Part shown: piece by piece, positions 8,671 through 18,639 of the stretch | Layout: every line of letters begins with the position of its first letter | Position numbering within the stretch: position 1 is the stretch's first letter | Assembly: GCA_964507015.1 (NCBI GenBank) | Contig: CAZDOM010000002.1 | Coordinates: 4,038 to 68,037 of the forward strand | Reading direction: 5' to 3' | Length of the DNA: 64,000 nucleotides | Source: an uncultured Rikenellaceae bacterium | GTDB taxonomy: Bacteria; Bacteroidota; Bacteroidia; Bacteroidales; VadinHA17 | Position numbers and translations under genes: made by a program | The notes under the pieces: model-generated | The model's input: only the letters and a program-made list of their open reading frames with translations | The model's database searches: none | Told to the model about the DNA's origin: nothing

Positions 8671-8678
8671 TATATTTG
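8671..8678 (+). promoter_or_regulatory. Candidate -7 box TATATTTG for the ABC-F gene
   Basis: This is a perfect TAnnTTTG match 17 nt upstream of the ATG at 8696. Confidence 0.35.
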
Positions 8679-8695
8679 CGACAGTTTCTTTCAGC

Positions 8696-10639
8696 ATGGT
8701 ATCAGTACAGAATCTTTCAGTATCATTTGGCAGTTTTGACCTGCTGACAGGTATTTCATTTCTCATCAATGAACAGGATCGTATTGGGCTGGCAGGCAAA
8801 AATGGTTCAGGGAAATCGACACTCCTCAATGTAATCGCCGGTCTGAAGAGTCCAACATCAGGGTTTATTGATAAATCGGATGATATTACAATAGGATATC
8901 TTCCTCAACAGATGAAGATCAATGATTCAACAACAGTAATGAGCGAGGCAATAACCGCATTTAAGGAAATTACAGATATTTCAGAAGAAATAGAACAATG
9001 TGGTAAGGAGATTGCAACAAGGGATGATTATAATTCTGCAGAATACATGAAACTATGTGATCATCTGACAGTTATTGAGGAGAGGTTCAGAATACTGGGT
9101 GGTAACATGTATATAGCTGAAGCTGAAAAAACCCTTACAGGGCTCGGATTTGATAGAAATGATTTTGACCGGCCTACGGGGCATTTTAGTGGTGGCTGGC
9201 GCATGCGTATCGAACTGGCGAAGGTGCTTCTTAAAAAGCCATCCCTGTTTCTCCTTGATGAGCCAACAAATCATCTTGATATTGAATCTATTCAATGGCT
9301 GGAGAGTTTACTTGCAAATTATCCCGGGGCAGTGGTCCTTGTATCTCACGACAGGGTCTTTCTTGATACTGTGACAACCCGTACTATTGAGATTTCACTT
9401 GGTAAAATCTATGATTATAAAGTTCCGTGGTCGAAATTTGTTGAATTGAGAAAAGAGAGAAGAGAGCAGCAACTGGCTGCTTTCAGGAACCAGCAGAAGA
9501 TGATTGAGGATACCGAAAAATTCATAGAAAGGTTCCGCTATAAAGCCACTAAAGCTGTCCAGGTACAATCGAAAATCAAGCAACTGAACAAGGTTGAAAG
9601 GATTGAAGCAGACGAGGAGGATAACAGTACTATTAACCTCAGATTTCCCCCTGCACCACGGTCAGGGACAATAGTCATTGAAACCGACGGAGTCTCAAAA
9701 AGTTTTGGACAAAATCATGTCCTCGAAAGAATAGATTTCAAAATACACAGGGGTGAAAAGGTTGCATTTGTGGGGAGAAACGGGGAAGGTAAAACTACTT
9801 TTTCAAAGATCATAACTGGAGAGCTCGATTATACTGGATCAATGAAAAAAGGGCATAATGTAAAGATCGGATATTATGCACAAAACCAGGATGAGCTGCT
9901 CGATGAATCAAAAACCGTTTTCCAGACAATCGATGATGTGGCAAAAGGTGATATAAGAACAAAGATACGCGATATGCTTGGAGCATTCCTGTTCAGCGGG
10001 GATAATACAGATAAAAAAGTGAAAGTACTCTCGGGAGGTGAACGTTCAAGACTTGCCCTCATAAGACTTCTGCTTGAACCACATAATCTGCTGGTACTGG
10101 ATGAACCGACCAATCATCTCGATATGCGTTCAAAAGATATACTGAAACAGGCACTGATAAAATATGATGGCACATTAATTGTTGTATCCCACGACAGAGA
10201 TTTCCTGAACGGTATAACAGATAAAGTATATGAATTCAGGTATAAAAAGATCAGGGAAAACATAGGTGGTATTTACGATTTCCTGAGGAAGAAAAAAATA
10301 GAAAATCTATGGGAGATAGAAAAGAGAGAGCCACTGAGAAATGAGCAGTTGCCGGATGAGACTTCGTCAAATAAACAAAAATATCTTGAAAAAAAGGAAT
10401 ATGAGCGTAACCTGAGAAAACTCAGGAAAAGGCTTGAAGAGACAGAGGTCAAGATCGAAACCCTGGAGTCAGAATTAGCCTTACTGGATGAAATACTCAG
10501 CAGACCAGGGAAACCAGCTGAAGAGATGGAAAAGCTCTACATGAAATACCAGCAACTAAATGAACATCTAAACCATGAAATGACAAGTTGGGAACAATAT
10601 ACTCATGATGTGGAAGTTTTCTTAAAAAATAACAACTGA
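8696..10639 (+). CDS. ABC-F family ATPase: two ABC cassettes, no transmembrane domain, C-terminal coiled coil
   Basis: Two Walker A sites (GKNGSGKST, GRNGEGKTT), two signature motifs (FSGGWRMR, LSGGERSR) and two Walker B motifs (LLDEPTNHLD twice). No transmembrane segments are visible. Confidence 0.85.
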   Translation: MVSVQNLSVSFGSFDLLTGISFLINEQDRIGLAGKNGSGKSTLLNVIAGLKSPTSGFIDKSDDITIGYLPQQMKINDSTTVMSEAITAFKEITDISEEIEQCGKEIATRDDYNSAEYMKLCDHLTVIEERFRILGGNMYIAEAEKTLTGLGFDRNDFDRPTGHFSGGWRMRIELAKVLLKKPSLFLLDEPTNHLDIESIQWLESLLANYPGAVVLVSHDRVFLDTVTTRTIEISLGKIYDYKVPWSKFVELRKERREQQLAAFRNQQKMIEDTEKFIERFRYKATKAVQVQSKIKQLNKVERIEADEEDNSTINLRFPPAPRSGTIVIETDGVSKSFGQNHVLERIDFKIHRGEKVAFVGRNGEGKTTFSKIITGELDYTGSMKKGHNVKIGYYAQNQDELLDESKTVFQTIDDVAKGDIRTKIRDMLGAFLFSGDNTDKKVKVLSGGERSRLALIRLLLEPHNLLVLDEPTNHLDMRSKDILKQALIKYDGTLIVVSHDRDFLNGITDKVYEFRYKKIRENIGGIYDFLRKKKIENLWEIEKREPLRNEQLPDETSSNKQKYLEKKEYERNLRKLRKRLEETEVKIETLESELALLDEILSRPGKPAEEMEKLYMKYQQLNEHLNHEMTSWEQYTHDVEVFLKNNN

Positions 10640-10641
10640 AA

Positions 10642-11418
10642 ATGGAATCCCAGAAAATGTTAAAAAAATACCGGGTACATGTATATGAGACCAGCCCGGA
10701 GGGTAGGCTGAATCTATGGTCCCTTTTCAATTACATGCAGGATATTGCTTCTGAACATGCAGTAAAACTGGGTTTCGGAAGGGATGACCTCATGAAGAGA
10801 AACCAATTCTGGGTTCTCTCCAGAATGTATGCAGTAATTCATGACCTGCCTTACTGGAATAAAGAAATTGTTGTGACAACATGGCCGCATGGTACAGAAA
10901 AGCTTTTTGCATTAAGGAATTATGAAATTAAGTACCCTGATGGCAAGGAGATTGCATCAGCTTCCTCATCATGGCTTATCATCGATCGCACCACAAAAAA
11001 AATACAGAGGCCGGGCGTACTTCTCTCTCAATATAACTCTGTCAATCAATCAATAAAATCAGCTGCCAGGGAAGCTGAAAAAATTCCGGAAGCCTCCCCT
11101 GACGGACAAAATTCACTAAGATCAAAAATAAAAGTAAGCGACCTCGATATTAACCTGCATACGAACAATGTCAATTATATTAAATGGGTATGCGATACCT
11201 ATGATCTTGATTTTATACTGACCCATTCCCCATGTTCTGCAGAAATAAATTATCTTGCAGAATCGATGTACGATGAAGAGGTATTCATAAGAACATCAGT
11301 GGAAAAGGAGAAGACTATTTTTTTCAATCATTCAGTTATTCGTACAAATGATGATAGGGAGCTATGCAGGATAAGAATAGAATGGAAAAAAGAAAGGATA
11401 AAGAAATTCTATCATTAA
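10642..11418 (+). CDS. Acyl-ACP thioesterase
   Basis: The layout is a double hot-dog fold. The N-terminus RVHVYETSPEGRLNLWSLFNYMQDIASEHA...FWVLSRM is typical of the Acyl-ACP_TE family. Confidence 0.7.
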   Translation: MESQKMLKKYRVHVYETSPEGRLNLWSLFNYMQDIASEHAVKLGFGRDDLMKRNQFWVLSRMYAVIHDLPYWNKEIVVTTWPHGTEKLFALRNYEIKYPDGKEIASASSSWLIIDRTTKKIQRPGVLLSQYNSVNQSIKSAAREAEKIPEASPDGQNSLRSKIKVSDLDINLHTNNVNYIKWVCDTYDLDFILTHSPCSAEINYLAESMYDEEVFIRTSVEKEKTIFFNHSVIRTNDDRELCRIRIEWKKERIKKFYH

Positions 11419-12761
11419 TGAACAATAAAAGACTATATATCAAGGATATAATACGTCTGATAACAGTCCTTGTAATAATACCTGTACTGATATCCTCCTG
11501 CAGGACAACACGTGTCGCTGTTGACTCAAAGGATCTTTCATACCTGTATAATCCAACCAGGAACTCGCTGAATCCCCTTTATAATATAAGAAATGAATCT
11601 GACCATGAATCAATCCTGTCGATAAAGTTCTTTACAAGTGAATTATATTTCTCAGAAGCCAATTCACAGGGAGTGCCTCTTGCCTCTATTCTTGTCACAG
11701 CCAAGCTTTTCAATACTGAACAGGGAAGGGTTCTTGCAGATACTTCAGCATATAACCTTGCTATATACAAGGAAAACAGCCCTCCTGAACATATTTATCA
11801 GATTCCGCTTAAGGTAGATCCCGGAAGAGAATACCTGGTGGAAGTAAAGATACTCGACAAAGTCAGAATACAGGTAGTTCATGCTTTCCTGACATTCAAC
11901 ACATTGTCGGATTACAACAGATATAATTTCAGGGCACAGGGACACTTCAACAAAAATGAAATATTCAAACCTATCCTGAAGGCTGATGAATATGTTAATC
12001 TGATCTACCTGCGGGGTAATATCGATTCATTATATATCTCCTATTTTAAGCCTTACAGCGAAATTCCTTATCCGCCGTCATTGCTGCTTCCTGAAAAAAC
12101 CCTTGACTATCCGCCTGATACCATTATTTCACTCCCATATTCTGACACTATACCACTTATGCTTCCAAGGAAAGGTATTTATTTTTTTTCTACAGAAAGA
12201 GAGGTAAAGGAGGGATTTACATTTTTAAATCTGGGAGAGGAATTTCCAACATTAACAACTCTGGCTGTGATGATCGAGCCCCTGGCATATCTTGCCAGCG
12301 AATCTGAAATGAAAACCATGCGTGATGCTGTCAGATCTAAACTGGCTCTTGATGAATTCTGGATAGGCTGCGGTGGTAATATTGAAAGAGCCCGTGAACT
12401 GATACGTATATATTATACACGTGTTTATTACGCCAATCACTACTTCACATCCTTTACTGAAGGATGGCGAACTGACAGAGGAATGATATACATTATTTAC
12501 GGACCGCCTGATAAAGTATACAAATCCTCAGATGGTGAGAGCTGGGGTTATCTTAAACCTGTAATTAAATCATCGTGGGGACCAAGGTACAGGGTAAAAG
12601 ATGAATACCTGTTTTTTACATTCAGGAAAAGGAATAATGTCTTTTCTGATAACGATTTTTATCTAAGCCGGAGTGAAACACTGGTAACTCTGTGGGAACA
12701 AGCAATCGCCAGCTGGAAAAAAGGCATAGTTTTCAGGCTTGATAACCCGGAGGAATATTAA
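11418..12761 (+). CDS. GWxTD domain-containing lipoprotein
   Basis: The GWxTD motif is present (TEGWRTDRGMIYIIYGPPD). The lipobox is LISSC. The ATG at 11418 overlaps the upstream stop codon (TAATG). The track ORF start at 11364 is an upstream in-frame extension. Confidence 0.75.
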   Translation: MNNKRLYIKDIIRLITVLVIIPVLISSCRTTRVAVDSKDLSYLYNPTRNSLNPLYNIRNESDHESILSIKFFTSELYFSEANSQGVPLASILVTAKLFNTEQGRVLADTSAYNLAIYKENSPPEHIYQIPLKVDPGREYLVEVKILDKVRIQVVHAFLTFNTLSDYNRYNFRAQGHFNKNEIFKPILKADEYVNLIYLRGNIDSLYISYFKPYSEIPYPPSLLLPEKTLDYPPDTIISLPYSDTIPLMLPRKGIYFFSTEREVKEGFTFLNLGEEFPTLTTLAVMIEPLAYLASESEMKTMRDAVRSKLALDEFWIGCGGNIERARELIRIYYTRVYYANHYFTSFTEGWRTDRGMIYIIYGPPDKVYKSSDGESWGYLKPVIKSSWGPRYRVKDEYLFFTFRKRNNVFSDNDFYLSRSETLVTLWEQAIASWKKGIVFRLDNPEEY

Positions 12762-12768
12762 TATCCTG

Positions 12769-13518
12769 ATGAAAGAATCTGATTATATCTTTGGTTTAAG
12801 ACCTGTTATTGAAGCAATCAAAGCAGGTAAGCAGATTGATCGCCTGCTTATAAAACAGGGACTTCTGGGGGCTCTTTACCATGAGCTTATGGAGGAGGTA
12901 AAGAAAAACAACATTGCCTTTCAGATAGTACCACTTGAAAGAATTGAAATTGTAACAAGAAAAAATCACCAGGGTGTCCTTGCATGGTTATCAATCATTG
13001 AATACCAGCATATTGAGAACCTCCTTCCATCAATCTATGAAAAAGGTGAAGATCCGCTGATTGTCATCCTTGACTCTGTTTCTGATGTAAGGAATTTTGG
13101 GGCTATAGTACGAACAGCCCACTGCCTGGGAGCACACGCTGTTATGATTCCGGAAAAGGGTTCGGCCAGAATTACTGCTGATGCTGTTAAGGCCTCTGCC
13201 GGTGCATTGCACATTTTCCCCGTATGCAGGGAAAGATCGATAGTTAAATCAACCAGGTATCTGAAGGACTCCGGGCTGAGGATAATATGTGCAGAAGAAA
13301 AATCATCTGTAAGTATTGCTGACACAGATTTGAAGGGTCCGGTTGCACTTATATTGGGTTCTGAAGATAAAGGTATCAGCCGGGAACTTAGTGCCCTGGC
13401 TGACCACAGGGTAAAAATCCCTGTGAGCGGGACCATTGGATCGCTGAATGTTTCAATAGCTGCCGGAATCCTGCTTTATGAGGTTATAAGGCAGAGAAGC
13501 AGCGGTATCAGGAAATAA
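12769..13518 (+). CDS. rlmB: 23S rRNA (guanosine-2'-O-)-methyltransferase RlmB (SpoU/TrmH family)
   Basis: There is an N-terminal SpoU substrate-binding region (IFGLRPVIEAIKAG). SpoU motifs are DSVSDVRNFGAIVRTA, LILGSEDKGIS and IPVSGTIGSLNVSIAAGILLYE. The ATG at 12769 is preferred over the TTG at 12739. Confidence 0.8.
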   Translation: MKESDYIFGLRPVIEAIKAGKQIDRLLIKQGLLGALYHELMEEVKKNNIAFQIVPLERIEIVTRKNHQGVLAWLSIIEYQHIENLLPSIYEKGEDPLIVILDSVSDVRNFGAIVRTAHCLGAHAVMIPEKGSARITADAVKASAGALHIFPVCRERSIVKSTRYLKDSGLRIICAEEKSSVSIADTDLKGPVALILGSEDKGISRELSALADHRVKIPVSGTIGSLNVSIAAGILLYEVIRQRSSGIRK

Positions 13519-14725
13519 TACCTAAAATTCTCTCATCAAGCGCTTTCTGATCAGCTGTAAAAGATGCAAGTCCTGCCAGATTGAGCAATGTATCGGGAGC
13601 AATTTTCCCTTCCCTGATCTTATTCTCCCATCTCGAATAGACAGGTATCTTACCATCGGAAGCCAAAATTTCTTTTTCTGTTTTGGTCATATACGGAAAC
13701 ATATCTTCACAGCCTTCCTGTCGCGCAATCTCAACCAGTTCTGCACCTGTTGCCGGGACCTTCTCAGTAAGTCTCTCAGCAAGATTTAAGACATTGTCAT
13801 CAACGGTCCAGAATGTTTCAAGATGGGCATCCTTTGCTTCAGCAGAAATCCCAATTTTGTAGTTTTCGTACATACGTGAGGTGAAGCTACCCTTGAGTGA
13901 ATTATGACCTGCTGAGGCCACCTTCGGAGGAATAGTAAAAACATCTACACCAGCCAGTAATTCAAGCTGTTTGGGATCCCTTAAACTGGCTGCGATAAGC
14001 TTTGTTTGCCAATCGTTTCTTGCTGAGAGTCCTGTTACCCAGTTCTGAGCAGCAATAACAGCCATCTCACCTGATCCTGAACCATCACCAAGATTATTGT
14101 CGGAAATAAAGGCTCCTATTCTTCCAAGAAATACATTCAGGTAATCCGGACGTGTAAGTCTGGTAACAAGAACGTTCTGCCTGGCACTGAATCCCAGGGT
14201 AAAGTTTATCCGCACACCTGCATCCTTCAGCTTCCTTGCCCCTAATAATCCTTCTGGCGTATATGGGACCTTGATTATAAATTGTTCCGGACAGATCTCA
14301 TGGAATCTTTTACCATAATATTCAATCGCTTTTATATCGTGTGCAGTGTCTGTATGAAGCTCAACACTTACCATACCACTGAATTTTGAAGCGAGTCGCA
14401 GACCATGGTATGCATTCAGTATAAACGCAATCTCCTTCACCTTTTGTTCCATCGGAAGTTCCCGCACCAGGCTCTTGGCCTCTGAGATAAAGACATCATA
14501 TATGCCTTTTTGTATCTCATTGTTCAGCAAGGTATTATTGGTTGTAAGGGCACTCATCTCAGCTGACCAGTTAGCCTCAGCCTCCTCCATATCTCCAGTA
14601 TCAAGCCATAATTCTGATCCCGTATCCCGTAAAGAAGACCAAAAAATATCCGGTTTGGCTTTGATCTGTTTTTCACCCGGATACTTCCACAGGAAATCAC
14701 TAATTCTCGTATTAAGGTCTGCCAT
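13508..14725 (-). CDS. Transaldolase-family protein (long form)
   Basis: The motifs are TTNNTLL (TTNPS-like) and IKVPYTPEGLLGARKLKDAGVRINFTLGFSARQ (Schiff-base lysine context). The 3' end overlaps the rlmB 3' end by 11 nt in convergent orientation. Confidence 0.6.
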   Translation of the reverse strand: MADLNTRISDFLWKYPGEKQIKAKPDIFWSSLRDTGSELWLDTGDMEEAEANWSAEMSALTTNNTLLNNEIQKGIYDVFISEAKSLVRELPMEQKVKEIAFILNAYHGLRLASKFSGMVSVELHTDTAHDIKAIEYYGKRFHEICPEQFIIKVPYTPEGLLGARKLKDAGVRINFTLGFSARQNVLVTRLTRPDYLNVFLGRIGAFISDNNLGDGSGSGEMAVIAAQNWVTGLSARNDWQTKLIAASLRDPKQLELLAGVDVFTIPPKVASAGHNSLKGSFTSRMYENYKIGISAEAKDAHLETFWTVDDNVLNLAERLTEKVPATGAELVEIARQEGCEDMFPYMTKTEKEILASDGKIPVYSRWENKIREGKIAPDTLLNLAGLASFTADQKALDERILGIIS

Positions 14726-14749
14726 TTTCTTAATGTTTATAATTTATTA

Positions 14750-15166
14750 TTATTGCGTTTTGTGAATGGTCTTACCAAGATAATCATATTCTGAAGGGAG
14801 CTGGAAAACCCTCAGTGCATACTCATTCATAACCGACATAAGATGCTCCAGGATTTCCGACTGTACATTTCTTTCTTTGTAATCATGGTTCCCTCCTTTT
14901 CAATATTGAAATATTTCATTATCAGCGGTGATTCCTTCATTTTTCTTTTCTGACCTTAATCTGCAAATTTAACAGTGGTTACATCAACAAGAAAAGATCT
15001 TTTTATTCGTCTCACACCTGACTCCTGCATTCCCACCCAGTTTATGTTCCGGGATGGATATCCAGTCTCCTGCTTTCAGCATCTTATTGGATGACAACTG
15101 AATACTGGCAACCAGACCTAACAGGAAATCCTTCAACCATATTGATGGATCTTTTATAAGCGACAT
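14750..15166 (-). pseudogene. Decayed remnant of a YbdG/MscS-family mechanosensitive channel gene, 5'-truncated and frame-disrupted
   Basis: ORF 14984..15166 encodes ...LKDFLLGLVASIQLSSNKMLKAGDWISIPEHK..., matching the conserved (F)KD..LG.VAS(I/V)QLS.N.M..(I/V)GDWI..P core of this family, then loses similarity. A second frame at 14750-14857 gives a plausible C-terminus (EILEHLMSVMNEYALRVFQLPSEYDYLGK...*) preceded by an in-frame TGA. The N-terminal transmembrane region is absent. Confidence 0.6.
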
Positions 15167-15265
15167 GTATTCGCGGATTATTTTGCCACAAAAGTATATA
15201 TTTTATTGATCTGCTTGATTATTAATTATTAGCTTTACAGTAATATTAATAATAACTTTCTTTTA

Positions 15266-16540
15266 ATGAGAACAATAGCTATTCTGTTCCTGCTATTTTT
15301 ATCATCTCCTGTAATTGCTCAGATCAATTTCGATGATTATTTTACTGATAAGGTATTACGGTTTGATTTCATGTTTGCAGGAAATAGTGAAAATACCGTT
15401 ATTTATCCTGTTGCCATGAAAGAAGAACCCTTCTATGGCGGTTCAAAAACTCAGCTGACTGATCTATTTAACTATGGAAACTTCAAATATGAGATCTTTG
15501 ATGATACTGACGGCAGGCTTATTTATTCACGTGGGTTCTGTACCCTGTACCAGGAATGGCAAACCACTGCTGAGGCAAAGAAAATTGAAAGAAGTTTTTA
15601 TGAAGTTGCAACGATGCCCTTCCCAAAGAAAAAGGTCAAATTTGTTTTAAGTATCCGGCAGCGAAATGGTAAGTTCACCAAACTTTATGAGACCAGTATT
15701 GATCCTTCAAACTATTTCATAAGAAGAGAAAATCCTATATCTGCTTCTTCTACAAAGATATACGGGAATGGAGAACCTGAGAACTCAGTCGATCTGGCCT
15801 TTATAGCAGAAGGATATAAAGCTGAAGAAATGAGTAAATTCCTCGCTGATGTAAAAAAAATGGCAGACTATATGTTTTGTGAAAAACCCTACAATGAGTA
15901 TAAGGATAAGATCAATATATGGGCGGTAGAGGCTGTGTCTGAAGAATCCGGTACAGATATCCCGGGAGAGAACATTTATGTTAATACAGTCTTGAATTCA
16001 AGTTTCTATACGTTTGATATTGACCGCTATCTTACAACACAGGATATTAAATCAGTAAATGATTATGCTGCTGTGGTACCACATGATAATATAATTGTAC
16101 TCATCAACAGTAATAAATACGGAGGCGGGGGTGTATATAATTACTATAGCGGGACAACAACAGATCATTCTTTATCCTTAAAGGTATTTGCACATGAATT
16201 CGGGCATGGTTTTGCCGGCCTGGCGGATGAGTATTATTCCTCAGAAGTAGCATACGAGGAATTTTATCCATTGGATGTTGAACCATGGGAACCAAATATT
16301 ACCACCATGGTTGATTTTGATTCCAAATGGAAAAAGATGATTGACAATAACACACCTGTCCCCACACCGGCTGAAGACAAATATAAAAACGTTACCGGCC
16401 TGTTTGAGGGAGGAGGCTATTCAGCAAAAGGTATTTTCAGACCTGAGATGGATTGCAGGATGAAAAGCAACTCATCAAAAGGATATTGCTCTGTTTGCAG
16501 TAATGCTATCAAGGAAATGATTGAGTTCTATATAAAATAG
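15266..16540 (+). CDS. M64-family (IgA peptidase-like) zinc metallopeptidase, secreted
   Basis: There is a signal peptide and the motif HEFGHGFAGLADEY. Confidence 0.8.
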   Translation: MRTIAILFLLFLSSPVIAQINFDDYFTDKVLRFDFMFAGNSENTVIYPVAMKEEPFYGGSKTQLTDLFNYGNFKYEIFDDTDGRLIYSRGFCTLYQEWQTTAEAKKIERSFYEVATMPFPKKKVKFVLSIRQRNGKFTKLYETSIDPSNYFIRRENPISASSTKIYGNGEPENSVDLAFIAEGYKAEEMSKFLADVKKMADYMFCEKPYNEYKDKINIWAVEAVSEESGTDIPGENIYVNTVLNSSFYTFDIDRYLTTQDIKSVNDYAAVVPHDNIIVLINSNKYGGGGVYNYYSGTTTDHSLSLKVFAHEFGHGFAGLADEYYSSEVAYEEFYPLDVEPWEPNITTMVDFDSKWKKMIDNNTPVPTPAEDKYKNVTGLFEGGGYSAKGIFRPEMDCRMKSNSSKGYCSVCSNAIKEMIEFYIK

Positions 16541-16555
16541 ACTCTCCGGGGAATA

Positions 16556-18358
16556 TTATTCCAGCATTTCGAATAACTCCCTGGCTGTTTCAACAGGTAT
16601 TTCTCTTTTACCAAGCCAGGCTCCGATTTTTGCTTCAGTATATCCATTCCTTTTAAGGAGATCGGTATATTCTTCAGCACTCTCCCAGGTTATGAAGGCA
16701 CCTATAAGATATACAATATCACCATCCGGAAGAGTAATTATCTCAAAGCTCCTGGCACCGGACAGTCTTCTGAAATCATCAACTTCCTTATCCTTAAGGG
16801 GCTCTTGTGATCGTGCAATCTCGACTCTTAATGTTAGTGCAGGCGGAACTGTATCCGCTGGTTCTTTCTCCTCTTTCTGTACTGCTGAAAGCGGAATCCT
16901 GCCCCACTCTTTTTCAAGAGCTGCAGCTCTTTCCCGGGAAACAGCTTTGCCATCAAAGAATGCTGAGACAAACGCATCACTAAAACCTTTTTTTCTCACC
17001 ACACCAAGAGCTTTATTGGCATCTGACAATCTCCTGAACATACCGGTATAGTAGATAGTCAGATCCCTCCCCTGCATCTTAAATCCGAACACCGGCGTAA
17101 GTCCCCTAAAATATGAAGGAGCAACAGGATTACGGAAAACCGCTACCTGGATACGATACAGCAATCCTTCAGGTAATTCGGGATCAATAGGAATTGTCTT
17201 ACCACCTGCTCCCTGTTTTATCTCAAAAAGAGAAAATACTTCAACCTTTTTTGCAGGCTCAGGAGCATCATCTGCTTTCTTTGTATCTTCACTTATTGTA
17301 TCAGCAATAACCTTTTTGTCATCTTTTAATAAGACTGGTTCTATTGAGATTGTATCTGCTATGACAGTAATAGTATCAATAGTCTCGCTGGTGTCAGGTG
17401 TAATTATCACTGAATCGCGGAGTTCAACTGTCTTAAAGGAGGTATCTGGTACGCGAGGAACTGCCTGTTCATCAATAAGTTTTCCTGTAAATGGCTTACT
17501 GTTCATTGCTGCCAGAGCCTCATCATATTTTTTATCAGCAAGATCCTGAAATGAGCTGGCGAGATTTTCAATATCAGTTATTTCGCTTTTCAACTTTGTC
17601 CTCTCGATATATGTTCCGGTTTCGAGGCTTTTTTTCTGTTCTTCTGCTATCCCGAACAGAGAATCAGCTTTATGCTGATATACAAGGGCTTCAGATAACA
17701 TCTTATCATAATCATCAGACAGAGTCTCTTCCGGATAGGGAACTATAATATCTTTTTGTACTATTTCTCCTGGAATTTCGATTATATCCTTACCCTCTAT
17801 TTCTGTTTTTGTTACTTTTTCTGCTTCTTCTTCCTCAGCAATAAATATATCTGGTCCCGGAAGACCCTCTCCCTTTTCACATTGCTGGATAAAATCCGGT
17901 ATTCCCAGTTCTCTTGATTCTTTCCTTCCGTTTATGTCAATGAAAGAATTGTAGGAGTCGATTGCATCTTTAAATTTTCCTGACATCTGCTGTGCCCTGC
18001 CAAGCCAGAAAATTGCATCCGGAGGTATATTCCGTACAATTGCCGAGCCTTGCTGAGCCTGTGTCAGAAGGGAAACTGCCCTCTCCGGATTCTTTTTCAG
18101 TTTAACCAGGCAGACCCCGGAATAATACTTATATATTGGATCCTTGGGGTATGTGACAAGAAGCTCACTGAATTCCCTGTAAGCCTGTTCATAATTGCCA
18201 CCTGAAAAAGCCTCCAGTGAAGATTGCCTAGTGGCTCTGGATTGTACATCCTGTGCAGTGAGATAATTTACTGACCAAAGTGTAACTAATACCAACAGTA
18301 AATATACCTGATAGTGTCTCTTAATATACTTATATGTTATAACCACTCTCACAAACAA
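16556..18358 (-). CDS. TPR-repeat / SPOR-domain protein (peptidoglycan-binding, cell-division associated)
   Basis: The N-terminus has TPR-like repeats, the middle is acidic and low-complexity, and the C-terminus has SPOR-like repeats (YRIQVAVFRNPVAPSYF...KKGFSDAFVSAF and a second copy near the C-terminus). Confidence 0.6.
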   Translation of the reverse strand: MFVRVVITYKYIKRHYQVYLLLVLVTLWSVNYLTAQDVQSRATRQSSLEAFSGGNYEQAYREFSELLVTYPKDPIYKYYSGVCLVKLKKNPERAVSLLTQAQQGSAIVRNIPPDAIFWLGRAQQMSGKFKDAIDSYNSFIDINGRKESRELGIPDFIQQCEKGEGLPGPDIFIAEEEEAEKVTKTEIEGKDIIEIPGEIVQKDIIVPYPEETLSDDYDKMLSEALVYQHKADSLFGIAEEQKKSLETGTYIERTKLKSEITDIENLASSFQDLADKKYDEALAAMNSKPFTGKLIDEQAVPRVPDTSFKTVELRDSVIITPDTSETIDTITVIADTISIEPVLLKDDKKVIADTISEDTKKADDAPEPAKKVEVFSLFEIKQGAGGKTIPIDPELPEGLLYRIQVAVFRNPVAPSYFRGLTPVFGFKMQGRDLTIYYTGMFRRLSDANKALGVVRKKGFSDAFVSAFFDGKAVSRERAAALEKEWGRIPLSAVQKEEKEPADTVPPALTLRVEIARSQEPLKDKEVDDFRRLSGARSFEIITLPDGDIVYLIGAFITWESAEEYTDLLKRNGYTEAKIGAWLGKREIPVETARELFEMLE

Positions 18359-18491
18359 CTAATGTTCAGTATGTTACAAAATACTGTTATTTTAATCCTA
18401 AAAGTCAGTTGTTAATAATTAAAAATCTGTTTTGTTCAGAAAACAATTCAAACTTCGTAAATTTACCCATAATAACAAAATTAATAAACCC

Positions 18492-18584
18492 ATGGCACAA
18501 TTAAAAGAGGGTATGCCGGCACCTCCGTTTGAAGGAAGTAATCAGGATGGGAAAATTATAAAGATGAGTGATTTTAAAGGTTGA
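18492..18584 (+). pseudogene. 5' remnant (30 codons) of a peroxiredoxin Bcp/TSA-type gene upstream of recA
   Basis: The translation is MAQLKEGMPAPPFEGSNQDGKIIKMSDFKG*. This matches the N-terminus of Bcp-type peroxiredoxins up to the point just before the catalytic FYPxDxTxxCT motif, which is absent. Confidence 0.55.
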
Positions 18585-18639
18585 TACAAAAACACATTCT
18601 GAACAGATATTTGCATTATATGAATAAAAACCAATAAAT

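Noticed and set aside
11364-11417. N-terminal extensions proposed by the ORF track here and at 12739, 24091, 26973, 34074, 34483 and 44873
   Set aside because: In each case a downstream ATG gives a proper signal peptide or lipobox, or the canonical protein N-terminus. That ATG also removes overlap with the upstream gene. The extensions begin at non-ATG codons or lie within the neighbouring gene.
12182-12189. Homopolymer tracts as phase-variation switches: T8 here, A8 at 15853-15860, and similar runs in the uvrA, murF-alr and thioesterase genes
   Set aside because: Runs of 8 are short for slipped-strand switching and occur in housekeeping genes. This frequency is expected in an AT-rich genome. 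I saw no flanking inverted repeats or invertase.
13035-13436. 133-aa - strand ORF
   Set aside because: It is antisense to rlmB, whose SpoU motifs are present on the + strand. It is a shadow ORF.
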